Positions 30,701-38,597 of a stretch of 64,000 nt of DNA are shown here, one piece after another (positions within the stretch are counted from its first letter, which is position 1; each line of letters begins with the position of its first letter). Where the stretch lies: positions 2,487 through 66,486 of the IMG/VR virus record IMGVR_UViG_3300036804_000088; one strand, 5' to 3'. This stretch comes from a virus. Under the pieces are notes generated by a model. It did not search any database and was not told the origin of the DNA. It saw only the letters and a list, made by a program, of their open reading frames with translations. A program made the position numbers and the translations under genes.

Positions 30701-31011
30701 TGACAGGGCATGCTTTCCGGCGTGTATCTATAACCGCCGCGCTGCCCGGCCGCGGCAGCCTGAAAGCCAGCGGTGCGCTGCCTGCCACTGCAACACTGCC
30801 TGGCCGCGGTGTGCTGACGGCGGTTATCAGTGCGGTCAGGCCGACACCGCCGGAACGTATCGCCGTAGTGGCGGCTGAAAACCGAAGCGTCATAGCTACC
30901 AGTGAAGGCCGTATTCCTGCCGTCAGCGCCGACAATCGGACTACCACCGTAGCTTTCGATACACGAACAGTGACAACACAATTCGAAACAAGATTGGTGA
31001 CAGTAGTATGA
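27709..31011 (+). CDS. Long fibre/scaffold protein: two N-terminal beta domains, 31 GHG repeats, C-terminal 9-aa repeats
   Basis: 1100 aa; repeats counted from the translation. Confidence 0.7.
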   Translation: MAVTRIGSGAGGTSTGAAVTFNGPTISASDATTVMVVGVVLSVSSNASATCSVTCGGVAMTQLNLTLAGSSTSRSATGLYYLFNPGTGTKSIVVTPGGATIAQVRCQAVAFTGVAATGVGTAQVSAATSHSPTSVVDGYDVRVLCNGAALTSPNQTQEYLGGASVSGIGDYMCMQSAVGTGSAISFTASGTATTPESVAVALSPFIGYVQGNSATPASGSPVTVAYTVAQTAGNLNVVAVGWNDNTSTISSVTDTKGNSYQLAVPIARQATPGPLSQAIYYAPNIAAAAAGANTVTVTFSTSVSFPDIRIAEYSGLATTSPFDPAGSGSGTGNSAAPSAGPFTTTAANEVLVGAGMNSNILSAGSGYTSRIVTANDFDLLEDKVVTSAGSNTCTAGISASGPWVLQVAAFSHTSISVSASAPLSGHGALSAAVIAQYVRTAALPGHGALTASARLSEEASHAALPGHGVLSATVIAQYIRAAALSGHGVLTASARLFSINEPAPLIGHGILFATAIAQYVRTAALSGHGALSATAVAQYVRTAALSGHGVLTATAVKAGQTAAPLTGRGVLTATARLFEEASAAALPGHGALSATGTAQYVRAAALSGHGALSAIAVAQYIRAAALPGHGALTASARLSEEASHAALPGHGALSAIAVAQYVRPAALSGHGTASATARLSEEASHAALSGHGALSAIAVAQYVRAAALAGHGALTASARLSEEASHAALPGHGVLSATATSQYIRAAALSGHGALSAIAVARYPAAAALSGHGALTAIAAKAGQSVAPLPGRGVLTASARLFSIHETAALSGLGVLSATTTARYARAAASSGHGALSATGIAQYVRTATLSGHGIVSAAARLFKEASPATLPGHGVVTATAIPQYNRAAALSGHGALSATAVARYPAAAALPGHGALTASARLFSIHDTAALAGHGAASATGVAQYTRAAALSGHGVISATSTPRYNRTAALSGHGALSATVSPHYKLAANPAGIGTLTGHAFRRVSITAALPGRGSLKASGALPATATLPGRGVLTAVISAVRPTPPERIAVVAAENRSVIATSEGRIPAVSADNRTTTVAFDTRTVTTQFETRLVTVV
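28969..30840 (+). repeat. 31 x 20-21-aa coding tandem repeat AAL(S/P)GHG(A/V)L(S/T)A
   Basis: Visible as recurring ccggccatggtg / ccggtcacggtg units at 60-63 bp spacing. Confidence 0.9.
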
Positions 31012-31826
31012 AGCTAGGTCTTAAACCTGCTGTACCCGGCGCGGTCAAGCTGCGGCTGGGAACCTACCTGAACTGGCGCGAACTACCGCAACCGCCAACC
31101 CATTTCGGGCACGCCGACCTGGTGAAAAACTGGGGGATGATGGCCAACGGTGCCGCCGAAGACAACCCGCCAGGGCTGCCGGACGGCGCGGGCTGCTGCG
31201 CATTCGCCGGCCCCGTCCACCAAACCATGCTGTGGTGCGCCGAAGGTCAACGGCCCGCGCCGTTCTCCGCGGAATCGACACTGGAAAACTATTCCGCCGT
31301 CACCGGGTTCAGGATCATCGATCCGATCACCGGCGCACCGTACCCGCCTGACCAGAACCCCACCGACCAGGGGACCGCGCTGGACGACATGGCGAAATAC
31401 TGGCGCACCAACGGGCTGATCGACGACGACGGCAACGCTCACAAAATCCTCGCCTACGTCGACATGAACCCCGGCGATCTTCGCGAACTGTGGCTGGTGT
31501 CCTGGCTTTTCCAGTCCGCCTGCATGGGATACGAGCTGCCCGAAAGCGCGCTGGAACAAAGTCAAGCAGGCGTCGTGTGGGATGTGGTACCGGGTTCACC
31601 TATCGCTGGTGGGCATTGTGTTCCGACCATGGCCCGCCTGAGTGAAACATGGGGACTGGGTGTGTCGTGGGGTAAAAAGCAGCCGTTCACCGACCGATGG
31701 TTCACCACCTACAACACGCAGGGTATCGCTGCGCTGGACGAAGAGATGCTGATCAACGCGAGAAGCATTGATGGCATTGACGATGCGATGCTGCGGGACG
31801 ATTTGGAACAGGTGACAACGGCATGA
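31008..31826 (+). CDS. Papain-like cysteine peptidase-fold protein
   Basis: GCCAFAG (Cys), GGHCV (His) and SWG motif order; DQGT motif. Confidence 0.6.
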   Translation: MKLGLKPAVPGAVKLRLGTYLNWRELPQPPTHFGHADLVKNWGMMANGAAEDNPPGLPDGAGCCAFAGPVHQTMLWCAEGQRPAPFSAESTLENYSAVTGFRIIDPITGAPYPPDQNPTDQGTALDDMAKYWRTNGLIDDDGNAHKILAYVDMNPGDLRELWLVSWLFQSACMGYELPESALEQSQAGVVWDVVPGSPIAGGHCVPTMARLSETWGLGVSWGKKQPFTDRWFTTYNTQGIAALDEEMLINARSIDGIDDAMLRDDLEQVTTA

Positions 31827-31981
31827 CCGCGCCGGCGTTCCAATACATTCTGCTGGTGGAAATGGAAGGCACCACACCTATCGCCTACGGCCCGTATCTG
31901 GCGCTGGGGCAGGCGCAGATCGACCTGGCTAACCAGACGTCGGCTGCCGCCGTCGTCCCCCTGTATCCGGCGATATCGTGA
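31823..31981 (+). CDS. 52-aa hypothetical protein
   Basis: Translated by hand (MTAPAFQYILL...). 4-bp overlaps at both ends. Confidence 0.55.
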   Translation: MTAPAFQYILLVEMEGTTPIAYGPYLALGQAQIDLANQTSAAAVVPLYPAIS

Positions 31982-32562
31982 CCGACGATCCGCGTATCGC
32001 AGAGCTGGCGCAGTTCGCCTATGAGGGACGCCTGACGCCGAATTACGGCGACTCTTATCTGTTCTTTGTGGGCCGCGACAAGGTGCACGAAGTGCTGAAA
32101 TATCTGCTGGTTAAAGAGCGGATGGCGCTGAAGTTCAGCATGTTCGGCTACGACGACGACGAGCTGAACGACATCATCATGCGGATGATGCACAGCGAAC
32201 ACATCCGCGTGCAGGCCAGTCTGGATAAAAGCCAGTCGCGCGGCGTGCATGAACGCAAACTGCTCGAATTGGACGCCAGGTTAAATCCGATGCAATTCAA
32301 TAATTCGTTTGTGATCACCACATCTTCGACCAATCAAATTCTGCACACTAAAGGCGGGGTGTGCTGCGGATTGGGTGTAGCATTCGAAGGTAGTACGAAT
32401 TGGTCGGCCAGCGGTGAGGGAACCGGCACTGGTGAAAATGTATCCCACGTGAAAGCCCAAAGCAACACGCTACTCGTGAGCACTAATCCCGTTCTAGTGG
32501 CCCGCTTTACCGCAAATCTCGACAATGAACACGCCATCGGATTGGCCAGGCGCGGATCGTGA
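31978..32562 (+). CDS. Single-domain phospholipase D/Nuc-like protein
   Basis: SMFGYDD, LDKSQ and ILHTK...EGSTNWS. The HxK motif lacks the canonical Asp. Confidence 0.7.
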   Translation: MTDDPRIAELAQFAYEGRLTPNYGDSYLFFVGRDKVHEVLKYLLVKERMALKFSMFGYDDDELNDIIMRMMHSEHIRVQASLDKSQSRGVHERKLLELDARLNPMQFNNSFVITTSSTNQILHTKGGVCCGLGVAFEGSTNWSASGEGTGTGENVSHVKAQSNTLLVSTNPVLVARFTANLDNEHAIGLARRGS

Positions 32563-32819
32563 CCGGCATCGGCTGGTGCGCGGTAGTTCTCAGCGCTGTA
32601 TGTGTGATCGCTACCGGCGGGTGGATGATCACCGTCGCGGAGATGCATCACCGCACCGGCCAACTGGCGAAAATCGTTCAGCCCCAGAAGATTATTTCGT
32701 TGGACTGGCCGACGCTGATGATGGCCGTCGTCGCGCTGATACAGCCGCCGCCGCCCGCCGACATGACCGGGCTAACCCAAGCCGTCGAAGATTTTATGAC
32801 CCTGATCCCCACGGAGTGA
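32559..32819 (+). CDS. Small membrane protein
   Basis: N-terminal hydrophobic helix; GTGA overlap. Confidence 0.5.
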   Translation: MTGIGWCAVVLSAVCVIATGGWMITVAEMHHRTGQLAKIVQPQKIISLDWPTLMMAVVALIQPPPPADMTGLTQAVEDFMTLIPTE

Positions 32820-32821
32820 CT

Positions 32822-33043
32822 ATGGTACAGCCAACCCCGAACCCCGTTCCCACCGATCTGGTTTCCGTCAGCCAAGGCGAACTGAACGATTTCTGCGCTG
32901 CGTTCAACAGTGTAAAAACAGCGCTCGGAACCTACATCAGTCTGCTGGTCACCAACCAGGATGTGAAAACCGGGTTGCAGCAGGCGTATTCAAACCTGAC
33001 CACGCTGGCACCGCCGACACCGGTCATCCCGTCAGGCTCATAA
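32822..33043 (+). CDS. Hypothetical protein (MVQPTPNP...)
   Basis: GGAG RBS; fills the gap before lysin A. Confidence 0.55.
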   Translation: MVQPTPNPVPTDLVSVSQGELNDFCAAFNSVKTALGTYISLLVTNQDVKTGLQQAYSNLTTLAPPTPVIPSGS

Positions 33044-33044
33044 C

Positions 33045-34682
33045 ATGACCGTCACACTGGCCGACGTCAACTACATGTGGCAGCAGGTCATCATCCCCCG
33101 CGTCGGTGACGTCTACGTTTTCGGCGGCAGCCTCTCACCCACAGCGGTCAACCAGGGAACCGATTGCAGCGGCGCTGTCTCGGAAGTCAACGAAGCGCTG
33201 CTGTACGGGCCGCAGATGAATTGGCAACGCCAGTTCTGGACCGGAACGTTTGCGGGCGCGAACCCCGGTGACCATGGCCCGTTCGGCGGCGTCCCCAGCA
33301 CCGCTGACTGGGTGTGTATCGCTGACCCACGCAACCCGCCGGCCGGCGCGGTGATGACGGTGGCCGTGCTGCAAGATCCTGACCCTTCGCAGGCGCACAT
33401 GGTGTGCGCTGTGCAAGATCCCGACAATGTGACCGGCTTCGGCGGACCCGGCGTCTACGTCGGCATCGAATCAGGCGGCAGCTTCACCGACGCCAACGGC
33501 AATTCGACGCTGCATATCGGGCCGGAAGCAACCGGTGTTGACGACCCTGAGTTCGACCAGTATTTCGCGCTGACTGACACCATTTCAGGTACGCCGACAC
33601 CGCCGCCGCTGACGCCATTGCAGGCCAACGCACTCAAGGTGATCGCGGCGGGCGAGGCGATGGGTATCACCCCGCTGGGGTGTCAGATGGCGCTGGCCTG
33701 TGTGTTGGACGAATCCAGCGGCCTGATGTACGCGAATTCGAATGTGCCTGAGTCGCTGAACTATCCGCATGACGCGGTTGGTAATAACGGGCAAAGCTGC
33801 GGACCTTTCCAGCAGCAGGCGCAGTTCGGCTGGGGGACCGTTGCGTGTGAGATGGACTGGACCTGTTCGTCCAACCTGTTTTTCACAGCGCTGGCGAAGC
33901 TGCCGTATAACAGCGGCGCGCAGCCGCCATGGATGTATATCCAGAACGTGCAGAATTCGGCCACGGCTGACGGCTCCAATTACGAGGCGCAGTGGAATGC
34001 CGCTGTAGCGCTTTACAATTCAGTTATCAACCTTCCATCCGAAGGATTTCTCATGGTACTAAACGACCAGCAACAGTCCGACGTCTACACCTGGCTAGGC
34101 GATATTCACGGCGGTCTGTTCAATGCGATTGGCAGCCAGTCGCCGTTCCGCGCGCTGGGCGAGGGCGAGATCTGGCAGCAGCACCAGCTACCGATCAATG
34201 ACGATGGGTTCCTGCATCCCCAGTATGTGGAATGGGCCGCGTCGGCGGGTGATCCGGTCAGTCTCGCGGTGTTGCAGTCGGTAGCTAACGGTGACGTCAC
34301 TCAATACCCTGACCGGATTGAGGATATCCGGCTGGCGCAGGCGGTGTTGGCCCGTATCACCAGCGGTCCCACACCGACACCGACCCCGACTCCCTTACCC
34401 ACACCCACACCCACACCGACGCCGGCTCCGACACCCGTTCCGACGCCGACACCGGGTGGCGGGATCAACATCACCGGTGCCCAACTCGCTCAATGGGGCA
34501 AAAACCTGGTCACCGTGCTAGGTGGCATCGCCACCTGGGCAACTACTGCCCATGACATCCTGGGCCAGTATTTGAACGGCGCTAACGGCACGGTTGTCCC
34601 TGTGGCTATCGCGCTAGCCGACGCGGTGTTCACCACCCACACCATTCGAGAGCGCAACCGCGCTGTTAGATTTCCTGGTTAA
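33045..34682 (+). CDS. lysA: Lysin A: Cys-His peptidase domain, transglycosylase-like domain, PT linker, hydrophobic C-terminus
   Basis: YVFGG...GTDCSG...HMVC; ESS.LMYAN...PHDAVG....GPFQQ...WG; position upstream of lysin B. Confidence 0.8.
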   Translation: MTVTLADVNYMWQQVIIPRVGDVYVFGGSLSPTAVNQGTDCSGAVSEVNEALLYGPQMNWQRQFWTGTFAGANPGDHGPFGGVPSTADWVCIADPRNPPAGAVMTVAVLQDPDPSQAHMVCAVQDPDNVTGFGGPGVYVGIESGGSFTDANGNSTLHIGPEATGVDDPEFDQYFALTDTISGTPTPPPLTPLQANALKVIAAGEAMGITPLGCQMALACVLDESSGLMYANSNVPESLNYPHDAVGNNGQSCGPFQQQAQFGWGTVACEMDWTCSSNLFFTALAKLPYNSGAQPPWMYIQNVQNSATADGSNYEAQWNAAVALYNSVINLPSEGFLMVLNDQQQSDVYTWLGDIHGGLFNAIGSQSPFRALGEGEIWQQHQLPINDDGFLHPQYVEWAASAGDPVSLAVLQSVANGDVTQYPDRIEDIRLAQAVLARITSGPTPTPTPTPLPTPTPTPTPAPTPVPTPTPGGGINITGAQLAQWGKNLVTVLGGIATWATTAHDILGQYLNGANGTVVPVAIALADAVFTTHTIRERNRAVRFPG

Positions 34683-34714
34683 ACAAACCGGGTCCACAAA
34701 GTAAGGAAACAAAA

Positions 34715-34906
34715 ATGACCGACCAACCATTAGAGGCCACCCTTCCCAACGTCGGTTCCATCCTCGCCGGGGTGCAAAAGGCACTTGCTGAAGGCATCTC
34801 GGTAGCGGAGATGGCCGAAAAAGTGCTGGCCTTCGTGTCGCCTACCGACGCGGCGGCGCTGGAAACACTGATCAAGGTGTTGCAGGAAGCGCAGAAACTC
34901 TTATGA
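34715..34906 (+). CDS. Small helical protein between lysin A and lysin B
   Basis: AAGGA RBS; ATGA overlap with lysin B. Confidence 0.6.
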   Translation: MTDQPLEATLPNVGSILAGVQKALAEGISVAEMAEKVLAFVSPTDAAALETLIKVLQEAQKLL

Positions 34907-35649
34907 CGCTCACGATATTCAGCATCAACGGCTTCGGCGGCAACATGTGGGCCGGGCCGCAAGCCGAAGTGGCGCAGTACCTTTCGAACCAGGGATTGAA
35001 CCTGGCATACTGGCAGCCCATCGGCTACAACAGCGGCGCATTCCCGCTGTCTATCGGTGTGAACAGCGGCCTGGCTGAACTGAAAAACCAGCGTGCCCAG
35101 CATCCCGGCCCCTACCTGATCTCCGCATGGTCGGAGGGTGCAATCATTTCGGAACTGTATCTGCAACAGGACAAGTCCGGCGACTGTAAAGGCGGCGTGA
35201 TGTACGGCAACCCGTACCGCGCCGCCGGCCAGTGGAACCCTATCGCACCAGCTCTGGGCGCGGTGCCCGATCCCGGTGGGGCTGGCATCGGTGGTCCGCG
35301 GAACAACTGGCGGACACCGGATTCCGTTCACCATTACTGCCACGGTCCGAATCAGCCGTCGTATGACGGCAAGCCGGGCGTCGACATGTATACCTGCTGC
35401 CCGACGAACGGTGTCGGCGTCGTCATTCGGATCATCTTCGATTTCGTGCTGACGCAGTGGACCGGTGAGATATTGGATCTGTGGCTGTTCGGCGAAGAGT
35501 TGATCACCAGCGGGGCGCACGCAGCACTCGACGTCACGCAGGCCATCATCATGGCTATCAGTTTCTACGGCGGTCAGACCAAACCACACGTCGATTACGA
35601 CTCCTACGCCGGGAAGACTTACCTCGCGAACCTCGCGAGATCGCTGTAA
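34903..35649 (+). CDS. lysB: Lysin B (cutinase-like alpha/beta hydrolase)
   Basis: WQPIGY, nucleophile elbow AWSEGA, YGNPYR, DMY and C-terminal PHVDY. Confidence 0.8.
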   Translation: MTLTIFSINGFGGNMWAGPQAEVAQYLSNQGLNLAYWQPIGYNSGAFPLSIGVNSGLAELKNQRAQHPGPYLISAWSEGAIISELYLQQDKSGDCKGGVMYGNPYRAAGQWNPIAPALGAVPDPGGAGIGGPRNNWRTPDSVHHYCHGPNQPSYDGKPGVDMYTCCPTNGVGVVIRIIFDFVLTQWTGEILDLWLFGEELITSGAHAALDVTQAIIMAISFYGGQTKPHVDYDSYAGKTYLANLARSL

Positions 35650-35694
35650 TAGCTTGGGCGTTCGCTATTAATAGGCAGGGGTAGTGGGTATGAG

Positions 35695-35871
35695 ATGTTC
35701 ACTCAAGACGAGCGTGCCGAAATTCGGATATTGTTCTACAACGAACTGGTCTGTATTCACAAGGCTATGCTGAAAGCCGGTTCGTATCATTACCTTTGCC
35801 TGGTAGACGGCAAAGTTGTCTATACTCATTCGCCGATTGGTAAAGTCATCTGGCATACGCCGTGGCTATAA
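35695..35871 (+). CDS. 58-aa hypothetical protein, AT-rich
   Basis: Translated by hand (MFTQDERAEIRILFYNELVC...); fills the gap. Confidence 0.45.
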   Translation: MFTQDERAEIRILFYNELVCIHKAMLKAGSYHYLCLVDGKVVYTHSPIGKVIWHTPWL

Positions 35872-36389
35872 TAGACTGGACGAACGTCGCGCCGGTTGTC
35901 GCCGCCGTTCTGGGGTTTGTCGGTATCGTCGTCGGAGCGCTGGCGGATCGCCGGGCGAAGGAACGCACCGCCAGCGCTCAAATCGCCGTCGCTAAGGCGC
36001 AAGAGGCCGCTGTGGCAGCGCAAGCGGCAGCGCAGCAGCTCGCGGCGAAAGCCGCCGATAAGGCTGCCGAAGCGGCGGCACAAACCGCGGAAGCCGAAAT
36101 GCGCAAAGCTGTTGCGGCGGAACGCGAAGCGCAAGCCAGACAGTGGGCGCAGATCACCGAAGGCATGCAGAAATGGAACATGAGTTTGCAGGACGATATC
36201 AAGGAAAACTCGCGCCGTATCGATGACGCCGAACTACGGGCCGAAGCCGACAGGGAACGCGCCGACCGTAACGAGCGGTTGTACTCGCGAGCAATCATCT
36301 ACTTGCGCAAGCTGATCCGCTGGATAGACGACGTCGTACCGGGTGAAGAGTATCCGACGATCCCGCCTGAGCTGAAGGTAGATCTGTGA
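35862..36389 (+). CDS. Membrane-anchored coiled-coil protein (lysis accessory-like)
   Basis: N-terminal TM, long coiled coil and C-terminal AIIYLR.L..W...P.IPPEL, typical after actinophage lysins. Confidence 0.7.
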   Translation: MAIIDWTNVAPVVAAVLGFVGIVVGALADRRAKERTASAQIAVAKAQEAAVAAQAAAQQLAAKAADKAAEAAAQTAEAEMRKAVAAEREAQARQWAQITEGMQKWNMSLQDDIKENSRRIDDAELRAEADRERADRNERLYSRAIIYLRKLIRWIDDVVPGEEYPTIPPELKVDL

Positions 36390-36487
36390 GTTTGCTTGGC
36401 GCGGTCGCGCTTTGGTTGACGATAATCGTTGTGGTGGTACCGATATTCGCCTATGTGGCGCACCGCCGATGACGAGTTGACCTAGAA

Positions 36488-37549
36488 ATGGCAGGGTTTG
36501 CGGCGCTGCCACCTGAGATCAATTCGGCGCTGATCGAGACCGGCCCCGGCCCGGCCCCGCTGATCGCAGCCGGCGTGGCGTGGCGCAGTCTGGCCGCAGA
36601 ACACCACGCGGCAGCGGCGCAATGGAGTTCGATCATTGCGTCGATACCGTGGCAGGGTTCGGCGGCGCAGGCTATGCGGGCCAACGCTGCGGCGCAGGCA
36701 GCGTGGATGCAGCAGGCTGCCATGCACGCTGAGTTGTCGGCAACGCAGGCGCAGCTCGGGGTGTCGGCGTTCGAAGCGGCGCGCGCGGCTATGGTGCCGC
36801 TGGCCGCGGTGACCGCCAACCGGGCGCAGCTCGCGATGCTGATAGCCACCAACCTGTTGGGGCAGAACACCGCGGCTATCGCTGCGACCGAAGCCCAGTA
36901 CGGAGAGATGTGGGCGCAGGACGTGACCACCATGGCCGGGTATCAGGTGGCGTCGGCTGCTGTGACCGCGGCGCTTCCGGCCCCGCCCGCCCCGCCACCG
37001 TCGCCGCTGCCCGGCGGGATCATCGGGTTTCTGAACGGGCAGGGTGTCGGCGGGATACAAGGGCTGGGGCTGCTGATCGAAGAGTATGGCACATCGATTG
37101 TGTCCAGTTCCCCGGTGTCGACGCTGCTGGCGCTGCTGGCGATAGCGCAGGATCAGCAGCAGACGCAGCAGCAGTCGTCCGGCAGTCCGTCCGATGAGCG
37201 CCGCGCGGAGCCGTTCGCGGGCAGGGGCATGCCGATTATCAGCCCGGCCGGCTTCGCTGCGTCCGCGGGGATGGGTGACGCGCCGCAACTCGGGCGTCGG
37301 GTCAGCGTGCCCGCCAGTTGGACACAGGCCGCGGGGAAGCCGCCAGCGGCGGTGCCGGTCGAGTTGGCCGCGTCGGTGTCACCGCTGGCCGGCGAAGGGG
37401 TGGGGTTGCCGGTGCTGCCGTTCATGCCGGTAGCCGGGACGTCATCGCGCGCGCCGGACACCAGGAAAGAGAAGCCGAAGCCCGCGGGGTGTGAGGCGCC
37501 GCTGGTGGCGTTGCGCCCGCCGGTGGGCGGCTACAATTCGTCACTGTGA
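36488..37549 (+). CDS. PPE: PPE family protein, SVP subgroup
   Basis: FAALPPEINSA, WQG (WxG), ANRAQL..L.ATN.LGQNT.AIAATEAQYGEMWAQDV..M.GY, and LGRRVSVPASW. Confidence 0.95.
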   Translation: MAGFAALPPEINSALIETGPGPAPLIAAGVAWRSLAAEHHAAAAQWSSIIASIPWQGSAAQAMRANAAAQAAWMQQAAMHAELSATQAQLGVSAFEAARAAMVPLAAVTANRAQLAMLIATNLLGQNTAAIAATEAQYGEMWAQDVTTMAGYQVASAAVTAALPAPPAPPPSPLPGGIIGFLNGQGVGGIQGLGLLIEEYGTSIVSSSPVSTLLALLAIAQDQQQTQQQSSGSPSDERRAEPFAGRGMPIISPAGFAASAGMGDAPQLGRRVSVPASWTQAAGKPPAAVPVELAASVSPLAGEGVGLPVLPFMPVAGTSSRAPDTRKEKPKPAGCEAPLVALRPPVGGYNSSL

Positions 37550-37572
37550 CGGTAGTCTCTTTTTTATTTACC

Positions 37573-37601
37573 TTGACATGTCCCCCCACTGGGCTTACAG
37601 T
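37573..37601 (+). promoter_or_regulatory. SigA-type promoter for a leaderless mRNA
   Basis: TTGACA-17 bp-TACAGT; ATG 6 nt downstream at 37608; T-rich tract upstream. Confidence 0.8.
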
Positions 37602-37607
37602 CTAGGT

Positions 37608-38051
37608 ATGAGCCAAGCAACCGAGCAGCACAAGGGTTTAACCGTCAACGTCTACCGCAACGCCCGATGGGCGCGCGAAGGTGCCGACTGCACCAATAAA
37701 GGCGCGTCCAGCCAGGTCGAAGAGTTCACAGTGGTGGGCGTCGTCCGACAGAAGCGCGGCAAGACAGTTGAACCGATGCCCCGCGGGTCGCAGGTGTTCA
37801 CACCCGATGAAAAGGCACCGGCTGCCGTGCTGGTGCAAAGCCAGCTTGACGGTGCCCCGCCGCACCTGGTGCCGCTGGACGTGCATGAGTCGGGCCGCTG
37901 GTCGATGGATGGCGGCAACCTGGTCGACAGCAGCGACTCACGCTGGACGGAGGTCGTGTCGAGTTTCCTGCCCGGCAGACTGCACGTGTCGGCGGTCAGC
38001 ATCCATGACCGTGTCGAGACCGCTGAGCAGTCACGCGCGCTGAGCATCTGA
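37608..38051 (+). CDS. Hypothetical phage protein (MSQATEQHKGL...)
   Basis: Start fixed by the leaderless promoter; DCTN.G.SS, M.GGN...SSDSR and IHDR.E motifs. Confidence 0.7.
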   Translation: MSQATEQHKGLTVNVYRNARWAREGADCTNKGASSQVEEFTVVGVVRQKRGKTVEPMPRGSQVFTPDEKAPAAVLVQSQLDGAPPHLVPLDVHESGRWSMDGGNLVDSSDSRWTEVVSSFLPGRLHVSAVSIHDRVETAEQSRALSI

Positions 38052-38233
38052 TGTCCACCCGACACCGGCATTTCCGCTGCGACGACGACCCATGGGATGC
38101 AGCCCAGCAGCGCGCCATCGGTGAAGGCACCACCATATCGGCCCTGCTCCGCGAATTCGTGGTGGCTTACGGTGCCGGGCGGGTCGCTCGCGACTGGACA
38201 ACCAGCAAGACGAAAAGGAAAGTGAAGCCATGA
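38051..38233 (+). CDS. Ribbon-helix-helix-like DNA-binding protein
   Basis: RHFRCDDD.WDAA..RA..EG.TIS.LLR pattern. Confidence 0.6.
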   Translation: MSTRHRHFRCDDDPWDAAQQRAIGEGTTISALLREFVVAYGAGRVARDWTTSKTKRKVKP

Positions 38234-38454
38234 TGACTGCACGGCAGAAATTCGTGCTCTGGTTCGTCGGCATCTGGCTGCTGTTTCTGGCAGCCATGGC
38301 GCTGATCGGGGCACCCGCCAGCCACGCCGACACACCTGAACCCCAGCCCGTTCCCGCACCGCACGTCACACTGCTGCCGCCCTGGTGCTTCCCCGACCCG
38401 ACAGTGTGCGGCTTCAAGTTCGACCCATCACACGGAGGGTGGTACCAGCCATGA
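38230..38454 (+). CDS. Small secreted or membrane protein
   Basis: Signal-peptide-like N-terminus ending ASHA-D; two Cys. Confidence 0.6.
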   Translation: MMTARQKFVLWFVGIWLLFLAAMALIGAPASHADTPEPQPVPAPHVTLLPPWCFPDPTVCGFKFDPSHGGWYQP

Positions 38455-38597
38455 CAACTGATCCGGCATCGGTAACCTGGCTAATCGAACCCACCGGCGA
38501 GACTGCTATCGGTGATGAGTTCGGCATGAAAACACTTGAGCAAGTAGAGATTTGGGTGTTTGGCGGATCTCTCGGAAAGTTTTGGAGAGAAGTATGA
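38451..38597 (+). CDS. Hypothetical protein
   Basis: ATGA overlaps at both ends. Confidence 0.5.
   Translation: MTTDPASVTWLIEPTGETAIGDEFGMKTLEQVEIWVFGGSLGKFWREV

Noticed and set aside
28969-30840. CRISPR-like array or diversity-generating retroelement template
   Set aside because: The repeats are degenerate, in-frame and vary at synonymous positions. There are no unique spacers and no reverse transcriptase gene in the window.
36390-37560. Host chromosome boundary (prophage end) at the PPE gene
   Set aside because: Phage-type genes continue on both sides and attP is intact 4 kb away.
37539-37570. Intrinsic terminator after the PPE gene
   Set aside because: The stem is short and separated from the T-run, which could equally be an UP element of the 37573 promoter. 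Left uncalled.
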